DNA from: Eledone cirrhosa
Taxonomy: Eukaryota
Assembly: GCA_964016885.1 (NCBI GenBank)
Contig: OZ024743.1
Location: forward strand, 361,832,001 to 361,896,000
Length of the DNA stretch: 64,000 bases
Direction of reading: 5' to 3'
Shown: positions 14,401 to 31,329 of the stretch, piece by piece
How positions within the stretch are numbered: the first letter of the stretch is position 1
Layout: every line of letters starts with the position of its first letter
Program-made: the position numbers and the translations under genes
The notes under the pieces: generated by a model
The model's database searches: none
The model's input: only the letters and a program-made list of their open reading frames with translations
Told to the model about the DNA's origin: nothing

Positions 14401-15300
14401 GTGGAAACAATTGTTATAACTAGTACAGCACACAGTGGAAACAATTGTTATAACTAGTACAGCTGACAGTGGAAACAATTGTTATAACTAGTACAGCTCA
14501 CAGTGGAAACAATTGTTATAAGTAGTACCGCACACAGTGGAAACAATTGTTATAACTAGTACAGCTCACAGTGGAAACAATTGTTATAACTAGTACAGCA
14601 CACAGTGGAAACAATTGTTATAACTAGTACAGCACACAGTGGAAAGAATTGTTATAACTAGTACAGCACACAGTGGAAACAATTGTTATAACTAGTACAG
14701 CACACAGTGGAAACAATTGTTATAACTAGTACAGCTCACAGTGGAAACAATTGTTATAACTAGTACAGCTGACAGTGGAAACAATTGTTATAACTAGTAC
14801 AGCTCACGTTGGAAACAATTGTTATAATTAGTACAGCACACAGTGGAAACAATTGTTATAACTAGTACAGCTCACAGTGGAAACAATTGTTATAACTAGT
14901 ACAGCACACAGTGGAAACAATTGTTATAACTAGTACAGCACACAGTGGAAACAATTGTTATAACTAGTACAGCTCACGTTGGAAACAATTGTTATAATTA
15001 GTACAGCACACAATGGAAACAATTGTTATAACTAGTACAGCTGACAGTGGAAACAATTGTTATAACTAGTACAGCTGACAGTGGAAACAATTGTTATAAC
15101 TAGTACAGCACACAATGGAAACAAATTGTTATAACTAGTACAGCTCACAGTGCAAACAATTGTTATAACTAGTACAGCACACAGTGGAAACAATTGTTAT
15201 AACTAGTACAGCTCACAGTGCAAACAATTGTTATAACTAGTACAGCACACAGTGGAAACAATTGTTATAACTAGTACAGCACACAGTGCAAACAATTGTT
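11440..15300 (+). repeat. Tandem duplication with 1906-bp period (56 monomers + 2 bp) and internal sub-duplications
   Basis: GGAAACAATAGTT at 11851 and 13757. The CACGTTGG / CACAATGG / AAACAAATT series of variant monomers is repeated. Confidence 0.7.
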
Positions 15301-18300
15301 ATAATTAGTACAGCACACAGTGGAAACAATTGTTATAACTAGTACAGCACACAGTGGAAACAATTGTTATAACTAGTACAGCACACAGTGCAAACAATTT
15401 TTATGACTAGTACAGCACACAGTGCAAACAATTGTTATAATTAGTACAGCACACAGTGGAAACAATTGTTTTAACTAGTACAGCTCACAGTGGAAACAAT
15501 TGTTATAACTAGTACAGCTCACAGTGGAAACAATTGTTATGACTAGTACAGCTCACAGTGGAAACAATTGTTATAACTAGTACAGCACACAGTGGAAACA
15601 ATTGTTATAACTAGTACAGCAAACAGTGGAAACAATTGTTATAACTAGCACATCACACAGGGGAAACAATTGTTATAATTAGTACAGCACACAGTGGAAA
15701 CAATTGTTATAACTAGTACAGCACACAGTGGAAACAATTGTTATAACTAGTACAGCACACAGTGGAAACAATTGTTATAACTAGTACAGCACACAGTGGA
15801 AACAATTGTTATATCTAGTAGAGCTGACAGTGGAAACAATTGTTATAACTAGTACAGCACACAGTGGAAACAATTGTTATAACTAGTACAGCTGACAGTG
15901 GAAACAATTGTTATAACTAGTACAGCACACAGTGGAAACATTTGTTATAACTAGTACAGCACACAGTGCAAACAATTGTTATAACTGGTACAGCTCACAG
16001 TGGAAACAATTGTTATAACTAGTACAGCACACAGTGGAAACAATTGTTATAACTAGTACAGCTGACAGTGGAAACAATTGTTATAACTAGTACAGCACAC
16101 AGTGGAAACAATTGTTATAACTAGTACAGCACACAGTGGAAACAATTGTTATAACCAGTACAGCTCACAGTGGAAACAATTGTTATAACTAGTACAGCTG
16201 ACAGTGGAAACAATTGTTATAACTAGTACAGCTGACAGTGGAAACAATTGTTATAACTAGTACAGCACACAGTGGAAATAATTGTTATAACTAGTACAGC
16301 ACACAGTGGAAACAATTGTTATAACTAGTACAGCACACAGTGGAAACAATTGTTATAACTAGTACAGCTGACAGAGGAAACAATTGTTATAACTAGTACA
16401 GATGACAGTGGAAACAATTGTTATAAATAGTACAGCTGACAGTGGAAACAATTGTTATAACTGGTACAGCACACAGTGGAAACAATTGTTATAACTAGTA
16501 CAGCTAACAGTGGAAACAATTGTTATAACTAGTACAGCACACAGTGGAAACAATTGTTATAACTGGTACAGCACACAGTGGAAACAATTGTTATAACTAG
16601 TACAGCTGACAGTGGAAACAATTTTTATAACTAGTACAGCCACACAGTGGAAACAATTGTTATAACTAGTACAGCACACAGTGCAAACAATTGTTATAAC
16701 TAGTACAGCTCACAGTGCAAACAATTGTTATAACTAGTACAGATCACAGTGGAAACAATTGTTATAACTAGTACAGCTGACAGTGGAAACATTTGTTATA
16801 ACTAGTACAGCTGACAGTGGAAACAATTGTTATAACTGGTACAGCTGACAGTGGAAACAATTGTTATAACTAGTACAGCACACAGTGGAAACAATTGTTA
16901 TAACTAGTACAGCACACAGTGGAAACAATTGTTATAACTAGTACAGCACACAGTGGAAACAATTGTTATAACTAGTACAGCTCACAGTGGAAACAATTGT
17001 TATAACTAGTACAGCTGACAGTGGAAACAATTGTTATAACTAGTACAGCTCACGTTGGAAACAATTGTTATAATTAGTACAGCACACAGTGGAAACAATT
17101 GTTATAACTAGTACAGCTCTCAGTGGAAACAATTGTTATAACTAGTACAGCACACAGTGGAAACAATTGTTATAACTAGTACAGCACACAGTGGAAACAA
17201 TTGTTATAACTAGTACAGCTCACGTTGGAAACAATTGTTATAATTAGTACAGCACACAATGGAAACAATTGTTATAACTAGTACAGCTGACAGTGGAAAC
17301 AATTGTTATAACTAGTACAGCTGACAGTGGAAACAATTGTTATAACTAGTACAGCACACAATGGAAACAAATTGTTATAACTAGTACAGCTGACAGTGGA
17401 AACAATTGTTATAACTAGTACAGCACACAGTGGAAACAATTGTTATAACTAGTACAGCTCACAGTGCAAACAATTGTTATAACTAGTACAGCACACAGTG
17501 GAAACAATTGTTATAACTAGTACAGCACACAGTGCAAACAATTGTTATAATTAGTACAGCACACAGTGGAAACAATTGTTATAACTAGTACAGCACACAG
17601 TGGAAACAATTGTTATAACTAGTACAGCACACAGTGCAAACAATTTTTATGACTAGTACAGCACACAGTGCAAACAATTGTTATAATTAGTACAGCACAC
17701 AGTGGAAACAATTTTTATGACTAGTACAGCACACAGTGCAAACAATTGTTATAATTAGTACAGCACACAGTGGAAACAATTGTTTTAACTAGTACAGCAC
17801 ACAGGGGAAACAATTGTTATAACTAGTACAGCACACAGTGGAAACAATTGTTACAACTAGTAAAGCACACAGTGGAAACAATTGTTATAACTAGTACAGC
17901 ACATAGTGGAAACAATTGTTATAACTAGTACAGATCACAGTGGAAACAATTGTTATAACTAGTACAGCACACAGTGCAAACAATTGTTATAACTGGTACA
18001 GCTCACAGTGCAAACAATTGTTATAACTGGTACAGCTCACAGTGGAAACAATTGTTATAACTAGTACAGCACACAGTGGAAACAATTGTTATAACTAGTA
18101 CAGCTGACAGTGGAAACAATTGTTATAACTAGTACAGCACACAGTGGAAACAATTGTTATAACTAGTACAGCTGACAGTGGAAACAATTGTTATAACTAG
18201 TACAGCTCACAGTGGAAACAATTGTTATAAGTAGTACCGCACACAGTGGAAACAATTGTTATAACTAGTACAGCTCACAGTGGAAACAATTGTTATAACT

Positions 18301-21300
18301 AGTACAGCACACAGTGGAAACAATTGTTATAACTAGTACAGCACACAGTGGAAAGAATTGTTATAACTAGTACAGCACACAGTGGAAACAATTGTTATAA
18401 CTAGTACAGCACACAGTGGAAACAATTGTTATAACTAGTACAGCTCACAGTGGAAACAATTGTTATAACTAGTACAGCTGACAGTGGAAACAATTGTTAT
18501 AACTAGTACAGCTCACGTTGGAAACAATTGTTATAATTAGTACAGCACACAGTGGAAACAATTGTTATAACTAGTACAGCTCACAGTGGAAACAATTGTT
18601 ATAACTAGTACAGCACACAGTGGAAACAATTGTTATAACTAGTACAGCACACAGTGGAAACAATTGTTATAACTAGTACAGCTCACGTTGGAAACAATTG
18701 TTATAATTAGTACAGCACACAATGGAAACAATTGTTATAACTAGTACAGCTGACAGTGGAAACAATTGTTATAACTAGTACAGCTGACAGTGGAAACAAT
18801 TGTTATAACTAGTACAGCACACAATGGAAACAAATTGTTATAACTAGTACAGCTCACAGTGCAAACAATTGTTATAACTAGTACAGCACACAGTGGAAAC
18901 AATTGTTATAACTAGTACAGCTCACAGTGCAAACAATTGTTATAACTAGTACAGCACACAGTGGAAACAATTGTTATAACTAGTACAGCACACAGTGCAA
19001 ACAATTGTTATAATTAGTACAGCACACAGTGGAAACAATTGTTATAACTAGTACAGCACACAGTGGAAACAATTGTTATAACTAGTACAGCACACAGTGC
19101 AAACAATTTTTATGACTAGTACAGCACACAGTGCAAACAATTGTTATAATTAGTACAGCACACAGTGGAAACAATTGTTTTAACTAGTACAGCTCACAGT
19201 GGAAACAATTGTTATAACTAGTACAGCTCACAGTGGAAACAATTGTTATGACTAGTACAGCTCACAGTGGAAACAATTGTTATAACTAGTACAGCACACA
19301 GTGGAAACAATTGTTATAACTAGTACAGCAAACAGTGGAAACAATTGTTATAACTAGCACATCACACAGGGGAAACAATTGTTATAATTAGTACAGCACA
19401 CAGTGGAAACAATTGTTATAACTAGTACAGCACACAGTGGAAACAATTGTTATAACTAGTACAGCACACAGTGGAAACAATTGTTATAACTAGTACAGCA
19501 CACAGTGGAAACAATTGTTATATCTAGTAGAGCTGACAGTGGAAACAATTGTTATAACTAGTACAGCACACAGTGGAAACAATTGTTATAACTAGTACAG
19601 CTGACAGTGGAAACAATTGTTATAACTAGTACAGCACACAGTGGAAACATTTGTTATAACTAGTACAGCACACAGTGCAAACAATTGTTATAACTGGTAC
19701 AGCTCACAGTGGAAACAATTGTTATAACTAGTACAGCACACAGTGGAAACAATTGTTATAACTAGTACAGCTGACAGTGGAAACAATTGTTATAACTAGT
19801 ACAGCACACAGTGGAAACAATTGTTATAACTAGTACAGCACACAGTGGAAACAATTGTTATAACTAGTACAGCTCACAGTGGAAACAATTGTTATAACTA
19901 GTACAGCTGACAGTGGAAACAATTGTTATAACTAGTACAGCTGACAGTGGAAACAATTGTTATAACTAGTACAGCACACAGTGGAAATAATTGTTATAAC
20001 TAGTACAGCACACAGTGGAAACAATTGTTATAACTAGTACAGCACACAGTGGAAACAATTGTTATAACTAGTACAGCTGACAGAGGAAACAATTGTTATA
20101 ACTAGTACAGATGACAGTGGAAACAATTGTTATAAATAGTACAGCTGACAGTGGAAACAATTGTTATAACTGGTACAGCACACAGTGGAAACAATTGTTA
20201 TAACTAGTACAGCTAACAGTGGAAACAATTGTTATAACTAGTACAGCACACAGTGGAAACAATTGTTATAACTAGTACAGCACACAGTGCAAACAATTGT
20301 TATAACTAGTACAGCTGACAGTGCAAGTAATTGTTATAACTAGTACAGCTCACAGTGGAAACAATTGTTATAACTAGTACAGCTGACAGTGGAAACAATT
20401 TTTATAACTAGTACAGCCACACAGTGGAAACAATTGTTATAACTAGTACAGCACACAGTGCAAACAATTGTTATAACTAGTACAGCTCACAGTGCAAACA
20501 ATTGTTATAACTAGTACAGATCACAGTGGAAACAATTGTTATAACTAGTACAGCTGACAGTGGAAACATTTGTTATAACTAGTACAGCTGACAGTGGAAA
20601 CAATTGTTATAACTGGTACAGCTGACAGTGGAAACAATTGTTATAACTAGTACAGCACACAGTGGAAACAATTGTTATAACTAGTACAGCACACAGTGGA
20701 AACAATTGTTATAACTAGTACAGCACACAGTGGAAACAATTGTTATAACTAGTACAGCTCACAGTGGAAACAATTGTTATAACTAGTACAGCTGACAGTG
20801 GAAACAATTGTTATAACTAGTACAGCTCACGTTGGAAACAATTGTTATAATTAGTACAGCACACAGTGGAAACAATTGTTATAACTAGTACAGCTCTCAG
20901 TGGAAACAATTGTTATAACTAGTACAGCACACAGTGGAAACAATTGTTATAACTAGTACAGCACACAGTGGAAACAATTGTTATAACTAGTACAGCTCAC
21001 GTTGGAAACAATTGTTATAATTAGTACAGCACACAATGGAAACAATTGTTATAACTAGTACAGCTGACAGTGGAAACAATTGTTATAACTAGTACAGCTG
21101 ACAGTGGAAACAATTGTTATAACTAGTACAGCACACAATGGAAACAAATTGTTATAACTAGTACAGCTGACAGTGGAAACAATTGTTATAACTAGTACAG
21201 CACACAGTGGAAACAATTGTTATAACTAGTACAGCTCACAGTGCAAACAATTGTTATAACTAGTACAGCACACAGTGGAAACAATTGTTATAACTAGTAC

Positions 21301-21800
21301 AGCACACAGTGCAAACAATTGTTATAATTAGTACAGCACACAGTGGAAACAATTGTTATAACTAGTACAGCACACAGTGGAAACAATTGTTATAACTAGT
21401 ACAGCACACAGTGCAAACAATTTTTATGACTAGTACAGCACACAGTGCAAACAATTGTTATAATTAGTACAGCACACAGTGGAAACAATTTTTATGACTA
21501 GTACAGCACACAGTGCAAACAATTGTTATAATTAGTACAGCACACAGTGGAAACAATTGTTTTAACTAGTACAGCACACAGGGGAAACAATTGTTATAAC
21601 TAGTACAGCACACAGTGGAAACAATTGTTACAACTAGTAAAGCACACAGTGGAAACAATTGTTATAACTAGTACAGCACATAGTGGAAACAATTGTTATA
21701 ACTAGTACAGATCACAGTGGAAACAATTGTTATAACTAGTACAGCACACAGTGCAAACAATTGTTATAACTGGTACAGCTCACAGTGGAAACAATTGTTA
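14100..21800 (+). repeat. Tandem duplication with ~3.71-3.78 kb period (109-111 monomers)
   Basis: GGAAAGAATT at 14641/18350, ATATCTAGTAGAG at 15811/19520 and GCTAAC at 16503/20212 (all offset 3709 = 109x34+3). CTCTCAG at 17117/20894 (offset 3777). Confidence 0.85.
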
Positions 21801-24800
21801 TAACTAGTACAGCACACAGTGGAAACAATTGTTATAACTAGTACAGCTGACAGTGGAAACAATTGTTATAACTAGTACAGCACACAGTGGAAACAATTGT
21901 TATAACTAGTACAGCTGACAGTGGAAACAATTGTTATAACTAGTACAGCTCACAGTGGAAACAATTGTTATAAGTAGTACCGCACACAGTGGAAACAATT
22001 GTTATAACTAGTACAGCTCACAGTGGAAACAATTGTTATAACTAGTACAGCACACAGTGGAAACAATTGTTATAACTAGTACAGCACACAGTGGAAACAA
22101 TTGTTATAACTAGTACAGCACACAGTGGAAACAATTGTTATAACTAGTACAGCACACAGTGGAAACAATTGTTATAACTAGTACAGCTCACAGTGGAAAC
22201 AATTGTTATAACTAGTACAGCTGACAGTGGAAACAATTGTTATAACTAGTACAGCTCACGTTGGAAACAATTGTTATAATTAGTACAGCACACAGTGGAA
22301 ACAATTGTTATAACTAGTACAGCACACAGTGGAAACAATTGTTATAACTAGTACAGCTCACGTTGGAAACAATTGTTATAATTAGTACAGCACACAATGG
22401 AAACAATTGTTATAACTAGTATAGCTGACAGTGGAAACAATTGTTATAACTAGTACAGCTGACAGTGGAAACAATTGTTATAACTAGTACAGCACACAAT
22501 GGAAACAAATTGTTATAACTAGTACAGCTCACAGTGCAAACAATTGTTATAACTAGTACAGCACACAGTGGAAACAATTGTTATAACTAGTACAGCTCAC
22601 AGTGCAAACAATTGTTATAACTAGTACAGCACACAGTGGAAACAATTGTTATAACTAGTACAGCACACAGTGCAAACAATTCTTATAATTAGTACAGCAC
22701 ACAGTGGAAACAATTGTTATAACTAGTACAGCACACAGTGGAAACAATTGTTATAACTAGTACAGCACACAGTGCAAACAATTTTTATGACTAGTACAGC
22801 ACACAGTGCAAACAATTGTTATAATTAGTACAGCACACAGTGGAAACAATTGTTTTAACTAGTACAGCTCACAGTGGAAACAATTGTTATAACTAGTACA
22901 GCTCACAGTGGAAACAATTGTTATGACTAGTACAGCTCACAGTGGAAACAATTGTTATAACTAGTACAGCAAACAGTGGAAACAATTGTTATAACTAGTA
23001 CAGCAAACAGTGGAAACAATTGTTATAACTAGCACATCACACAGGGGAAACAATTGTTATAATTAGTACAGCACACAGTGGAAACAATTGTTATAACTAG
23101 TACAGCACACAGTGGAAACAATTGTTATAACTAGTACAGCACACAGTGGAAACAATTGTTATAACTAGTACAGCACACAGTGGAAACAATTGTTATAACT
23201 AGTAGAGCTGACAGTGGAAACAATTGTTATAACTAGTACAGCACACAGTGGAAACAATTGTTATAACTAGTACAGCTGACAGTGGAAACAATTGTTATAA
23301 CTAGTACAGCACACAGTGGAAACATTTGTTATAACTAGTACAGCACACAGTGCAAACAATTGTTATAACTGGTACAGCTCACAGTGGAAACAATTGTTAT
23401 AACTAGTACGGCACACAGTGGAAACAATTGTTATAACTAGTACAGCTGACAGTGGAAACAATTGTTATAACTAGTACAGCACACAGTGGAAACAATTGTT
23501 ATAACTAGTACAGCACACAGTGGAAACAATTGTTATAACTAGTACAGCTCACAGTGGAAACAATTGTTATAACTAGTACAGCTGACAGTGGAAACAATTG
23601 TTATAACTAGTACAGCTGACAGTGGAAACAATTGTTATAACTAGTACAGCACACAGTGGAAATAATTGTTATAACTAGTACAGCACACAGTGGAAACAAT
23701 TGTTATAACTAGTACAGCACACAGTGGAAACAATTGTTATAACTAGTACAGCTGACAGAGGAAACAATTGTTATAACTAGTACAGATGACAGTGGAAACA
23801 ATTGTTATAAATAGTACAGCTGACAGTGGAAACAATTGTTATAACTAGTACAGATCACAGTGGAAACAATTGTTATAACTAGTACAGCTGACAGTGGAAA
23901 CATTTGTTATAACTAGTACAGCTGACAGTGGAAACAATTGTTATAACTGGTACAGCTGACAGTGGAAACAATTGTTATAACTAGTACAGCACACAGTGGA
24001 AACAATTATTATAACTAGTACAGCTGACAGTGGAAACAATTGTTTTAACTAGTACAGCACACAGTGGAAACAATTGTTATAACTAGTACAGCACACAGTG
24101 GAAACAATTGTTATAACTAGTACAGCACAGAGTGGAAACAATTGTTATAACTAGTACAGCTCACAGTGGAAACAATTGTTATAACTAGTACAGCTGACAG
24201 TGGAAACAATTGTTATAACTAGTAGAGTTGACAGTGGAAACAATTGTTATAACTAGTACAGCACACAGTGGAAACAATTGTTATAACTAGTACAGCTGAC
24301 AGTGGAAACAATTGTTATAACTAGTACAGCACACAGTGGAAACATTTGTTATAACTAGTACAGCACACAGTGGAAACAATTGTTACAACTAGTAAAGCAC
24401 ACAGTGGAAACAATTGTTATAACTAGTACAGCACATAGTGGAAACAATTGTTATAACTAGTACAGATCACAGTGGAAACAATTGTTATAACTAGTACAGC
24501 TGACAGTGGAAACAATTGTTATAACTAGTACAGCACATAGTGGAAACAATTGTTATAACTAGTACAGATCACAGTGGAAACAATTGTTATAACTAGTACA
24601 GCACACAGTGCAAACAATTGTTATAACTGGTACAGCTCACAGTGGAAACAATTGTTATAACTAGTACAGCACACAGTGGAAACAATTGTTATAACTAGTA
24701 CAGCTGACAGTGGAAACAATTGTTATAACTAGTACAGCACACAGTGGAAACAATTGTTATAACTAGTACAGCTGACAGTGGAAACAATTGTTATAACTAG

Positions 24801-27200
24801 TACAGCTCACAGTGGAAACAATTGTTATAAGTAGTACCGCACACAGTGGAAACAATTGTTATAACTAGTACAGCTCACAGTGGAAACAATTGTTATAACT
24901 AGTACAGCACACAGTGGAAACAAGTGTTATAACTAGTACAGCACACAGTGGAAACAATTGTTATAACTAGTACAGCACACAGTGGAAACAATTGTTATAA
25001 CTAGTACAGCACACAGTGGAAACAATTGTTATAACTAGTACAGCTCACAGTGGAAACAATTGTTATAACTAGTACAGCTGACAGTGGAAACAATTGTTAT
25101 AACTAGTACAGCTCACGTTGGAAACAATTGTTATAATTAGTACAGCACACAGTGGAAACAATTGTTATAACTAGTACAGCACACAGTGGAAACAATTGTT
25201 ATAACTAGTACAGCTCACGTTGGAAACAATTGTTATAATTAGTACAGCACACAATGGAAACAATTGTTATAACTAGTATAGCTGACAGTGGAAACAATTG
25301 TTATAACTAGTACAGCTGACAGTGGAAACAATTGTTATAACTAGTACAGCACACAATGGAAACAAATTGTTATAACTAGTACAGCTCACAGTGCAAACAA
25401 TTGTTATAACTAGTACAGCACACAGTGGAAACAATTGTTATAACTAGTACAGCTCACAGTGCAAACAATTGTTATAACTAGTACAGCACACAGTGGAAAC
25501 AATTGTTATAACTAGTACAGCACACAGTGCAAACAATTCTTATAATTAGTACAGCACACAGTGGAAACAATTGTTATAACTAGTACAGCACACAGTGGAA
25601 ACAATTGTTATAACTAGTACAGCACACAGTGCAAACAATTTTTATGACTAGTACAGCACACAGTGCAAACAATTGTTATAATTAGTACAGCACACAGTGG
25701 AAACAATTGTTTTAACTAGTACAGCTCACAGTGGAAACAATTGTTATAACTAGTACAGCTCACAGTGGAAACAATTGTTATGACTAGTACAGCTCACAGT
25801 GGAAACAATTGTTATAACTAGTACAGCAAACAGTGGAAACAATTGTTATAACTAGTACAGCAAACAGTGGAAACAATTGTTATAACTAGCACATCACACA
25901 GGGGAAACAATTGTTATAATTAGTACAGCACACAGTGGAAACAATTGTTATAACTAGTACAGCACACAGTGGAAACAATTGTTATAACTAGTACAGCACA
26001 CAGTGGAAACAATTGTTATAACTAGTACAGCACACAGTGGAAACAATTGTTATAACTAGTAGAGCTGACAGTGGAAACAATTGTTATAACTAGTACAGCA
26101 CACAGTGGAAACAATTGTTATAACTAGTACAGCTGACAGTGGAAACAATTGTTATAACTAGTACAGCACACAGTGGAAACATTTGTTATAACTAGTACAG
26201 CACACAGTGCAAACAATTGTTATAACTGGTACAGCTCACAGTGGAAACAATTGTTATAACTAGTACAGCACACAGTGGAAACAATTGTTATAACTAGTAC
26301 AGCTGACAGTGGAAACAATTGTTATAACTAGTACAGCACACAGTGGAAACAATTGTTATAACTAGTACAGCACACAGTGGAAACAATTGTTATAACTAGT
26401 ACAGCTCACAGTGGAAACAATTGTTATAACTAGTACAGCTGACAGTGGAAACAATTGTTATAACTAGTACAGCTGACAGTGGAAACAATTGTTATAACTA
26501 GTACAGCACACAGTGGAAATAATTGTTATAACTAGTACAGCACACAGTGGAAACAATTGTTATAACTAGTACAGCACACAGTGGAAACAATTGTTATAAC
26601 TAGTACAGCTGACAGAGGAAACAATTGTTATAACTAGTACAGATGACAGTGGAAACAATTGTTATAAATAGTACAGCTGACAGTGGAAACAATTGTTATA
26701 ACTAGTACAGATCACAGTGGAAACAATTGTTATAACTAGTACAGCTGACAGTGGAAACATTTGTTATAACTAGTACAGCTGACAGTGGAAACAATTGTTA
26801 TAACTGGTACAGCTGACAGTGGAAACAATTGTTATAACTAGTACAGCACACAGTGGAAACAATTATTATAACTAGTACAGCTGACAGTGGAAACAATTGT
26901 TTTAACTAGTACAGCACACAGTGGAAACAATTGTTATAACTAGTACAGCACACAGTGGAAACAATTGTTATAACTAGTACAGCACAGAGTGGAAACAATT
27001 GTTATAACTAGTACAGCTCACAGTGGAAACAATTGTTATAACTAGTACAGCTGACAGTGGAAACAATTGTTATAACTAGTAGAGCTGACAGTGGAAACAA
27101 TTGTTATAACTAGTACAGCACACAGTGGAAACAATTGTTATAACTAGTACAGCTGACAGTGGAAACAATTGTTATAACTAGTACAGCACACAGTGGAAAC
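21660..27200 (+). repeat. Tandem duplication with 2857-bp period (84 monomers + 1 bp); further related copies at ~29.0-32.1, ~36.2-38.4 and ~61.5-63.8 kb
   Basis: GTATAGCTGAC marker (ATAG at 22421, 25278, 30515, 37690, 63075), each followed by the CAATTCTTATAATT monomer. Confidence 0.8.
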
Positions 27201-30200
27201 ATTTGTTATAACTAGTACAGCACACAGTGCAAATAATTGTTATAACTGGTACAGCTCACAGTGGAAACAATTGTTATAACTAGTACAGCACACAGTGGAA
27301 ACAATTGTTATAACTAGTACAGCTGACAGTGGAAACAATTGTTATAACTAGTACAGCACACAGTGGAAACAATTGTTATAACTACTACAGCACACAGTGG
27401 AAACAATTGTTATAACTAGTACAGCACACAGTGGAAACAATTGTTATAACTAGTACAGCTGACAGAGGAAACAATTGTTATAACTAGTACAGATGACAGT
27501 GGAAACAATTGTTATAAATAGTACAGCTGACAGTGGAAACAATTGTTATAACTAGTACAGATCACAGTGGAAACAATTGTTATAACTAGTACAGCTGACA
27601 GTGGAAACATTTGTTATAACTAGTACAGCTGACAGTGGAAACAATTGTTATAACTGGTACAGCTGACAGTGGAAACAATTGTTATAACTAGTACAGCACA
27701 CAGTGGAAACAATTATTATAACTAGTACAGCTGACAGAGGAAACAATTGTTTTAACTAGTACAGCACACAGTGGAAACAATTGTTATAACTAGTACAGCA
27801 CACAGTGGAAACAATTGTTATAACTAGTACAGCACAGAGTGGAAACAATTGTTATAACTAGTACAGCTCACAGTGGAAACAATTGTTATAACTAGTACAG
27901 CTGACAGTGGAAACAATTGTTATAACTAGTACAGCACACAGTGGAAACAATTGTTATAACTAGTACAGCTGACAGTGGAAACAATTGTTATAACTAGTAC
28001 AACACACAGTGGAAACATTTGTTATAACTAGTACAGCACACAGTGCAAACAATTGTTATAACTGGTACAGCTCACAGTGGAAACAATTGTTATAACTAGT
28101 ACAGCACACAATGGAAACAATTGTTATAACTAGTACAGCTCACAGTGGAAACAATTGTTATAACTAGTACAGCTGACAGTGGAAACAATTGTTATAACTA
28201 GTACAGCTGACAGTGGAAACAATTGTTATAACTAGTACAGCACACAGTGGAAATAATTGTTATAACTAGTACAGCACACAGTGGAAACAATTGTTATAAC
28301 TAGTACAGCACACAGTGGAAACAATTGTTATAACTAGTACAGCTGACAGAGGAAACAATTGTTATAACTAGTACAGATGACAGTGGAAACAATTGTTATA
28401 AATAGTACAGCTGACAGTGGAAACAATTGTTATAACTAGTACAGATCACAGTGGAAACAATTGTTATAACTAGTACAGCTGACAGTGGAAACATTTGTTA
28501 TAACTAGTACAGCTGACAGTGGAAACAATTGTTATAACTGGTACAGCTGACAGTGGAAACAATTGTTATAACTAGTACAGCACACAGTGGAAACAATTAT
28601 TATAACTAGTACAGCACACAGTGGAAACAATTGTTATAACTAGTACAGCACACAGTGGAAACAATTGTTATAACTAGTACAGCACACAGTGGAAACAATT
28701 GTTATAACTAGTACAGCACACAGTGGAAACAATTGTTATAACTAGTAGAGCTGACAGTGGAAACAATTGTTATAACTAGTACAGCACACAGTGGAAACAA
28801 TTGTTATAACTAGTACAGCTGACAGTGGAAACAATTGTTATAACTAGTACAGCACACAGTGGAAACATTTGTTATAACTAGTACAGCACACAGTGCAAAC
28901 AATTGTTATAACTGGTACAGCTCACAGTGGAAACAATTGTTATAACTAGTACGGCACACAGTGGAAACAATTGTTATAACTAGTACAGCTGACAGTGGAA
29001 ACAATTGTTATAACTAGTACAGATGACAGTGGAAACAATTGTTATAAATAGTACAGCTGACAGTGGAAACAATTGTTATAACTAGTACAGATCACAGTGG
29101 AAACAATTGTTATAACTAGTACAGCTGACAGTGGAAACATTTGTTATAACTAGTACAGCTGACAGTGGAAACAATTGTTATAACTGGTACAGCTGACAGT
29201 GGAAACAATTGTTATAACTAGTACAGCACACAGTGGAAACAATTATTATAACTAGTACAGCTGACAGTGGAAACAATTGTTTTAACTAGTACAGCACACA
29301 GTGGAAACAATTGTTATAACTAGTACAGCACACAGTGGAAACAATTGTTATAACTAGTACAGCACAGAGTGGAAACAATTGTTATAACTAGTACAGCTCA
29401 CAGTGGAAACAATTGTTATAACTAGTACAGCTGACAGTGGAAACAATTGTTATAACTAGTAGAGTTGACAGTGGAAACAATTGTTATAACTAGTACAGCA
29501 CACAGTGGAAACAATTGTTATAACTAGTACAGCTGACAGTGGAAACAATTGTTATAACTAGTACAGCACACAGTGGAAACATTTGTTATAACTAGTACAG
29601 CACACAGTGGAAACAATTGTTACAACTAGTAAAGCACACAGTGGAAACAATTGTTATAACTAGTACAGCACATAGTGGAAACAATTGTTATAACTAGTAC
29701 AGATCACAGTGGAAACAATTGTTATAACTAGTACAGCTGACAGTGGAAACAATTGTTATAACTAGTACAGCACATAGTGGAAACAATTGTTATAACTAGT
29801 ACAGATCACAGTGGAAACAATTGTTATAACTAGTACAGCACACAGTGCAAACAATTGTTATAACTGGTACAGCTCACAGTGGAAACAATTGTTATAACTA
29901 GTACAGCACACAGTGGAAACAATTGTTATAACTAGTACAGCTGACAGTGGAAACAATTGTTATAACTAGTACAGCACACAGTGGAAACAATTGTTATAAC
30001 TAGTACAGCTGACAGTGGAAACAATTGTTATAACTAGTACAGCTCACAGTGGAAACAATTGTTATAAGTAGTACCGCACACAGTGGAAACAATTGTTATA
30101 ACTAGTACAGCTCACAGTGGAAACAATTGTTATAACTAGTACAGCACACAGTGGAAACAATTGTTATAACTAGTACAGCACACAGTGGAAACAATTGTTA

Positions 30201-31329
30201 TAACTAGTACAGCACACAGTGGAAACAATTGTTATAACTAGTACAGCACACAGTGGAAACAATTGTTATAACTAGTACAGCTCACAGTGGAAACAATTGT
30301 TATAACTAGTACAGCTGACAGTGGAAACAATTGTTATAACTAGTACAGCTCACGTTGGAAACAATTGTTATAATTAGTACAGCACACAGTGGAAACAATT
30401 GTTATAACTAGTACAGCACACAGTGGAAACAATTGTTATAACTAGTACAGCTCACGTTGGAAACAATTGTTATAATTAGTACAGCACACAATGGAAACAA
30501 TTGTTATAACTAGTATAGCTGACAGTGGAAACAATTGTTATAACTAGTACAGCTGACAGTGGAAACAATTGTTATAACTAGTACAGCACACAATGGAAAC
30601 AAATTGTTATAACTAGTACAGCTCACAGTGCAAACAATTGTTATAACTAGTACAGCACACAGTGGAAACAATTGTTATAACTAGTACAGCTCACAGTGCA
30701 AACAATTGTTATAACTAGTACAGCACACAGTGGAAACAATTGTTATAACTAGTACAGCACACAGTGCAAACAATTCTTATAATTAGTACAGCACACAGTG
30801 GAAACAATTGTTATAACTAGTACAGCACACAGTGGAAACAATTGTTATAACTAGTACAGCACACAGTGCAAACAATTTTTATGACTAGTACAGCACACAG
30901 TGCAAACAATTGTTATAATTAGTACAGCACACAGTGGAAACAATTGTTTTAACTAGTACAGCTCACAGTGGAAACAATTGTTATAACTAGTACAGCTCAC
31001 AGTGGAAACAATTGTTATGACTAGTACAGCTCACAGTGGAAACAATTGTTATAACTAGTACAGCAAACAGTGGAAACAATTGTTATAACTAGTACAGCAA
31101 ACAGTGGAAACAATTGTTATAACTAGCACATCACACAGGGGAAACAATTGTTATAATTAGTACAGCACACAGTGGAAACAATTGTTATAACTAGTACAGC
31201 ACACAGTGGAAACAATTGTTATAACTAGTACAGCACACAGTGGAAACAATTGTTATAACTAGTACAGCACACAGTGGAAACAATTGTTATAACTAGTAGA
31301 GCTGACAGTGGAAACAATTGTTATAACTA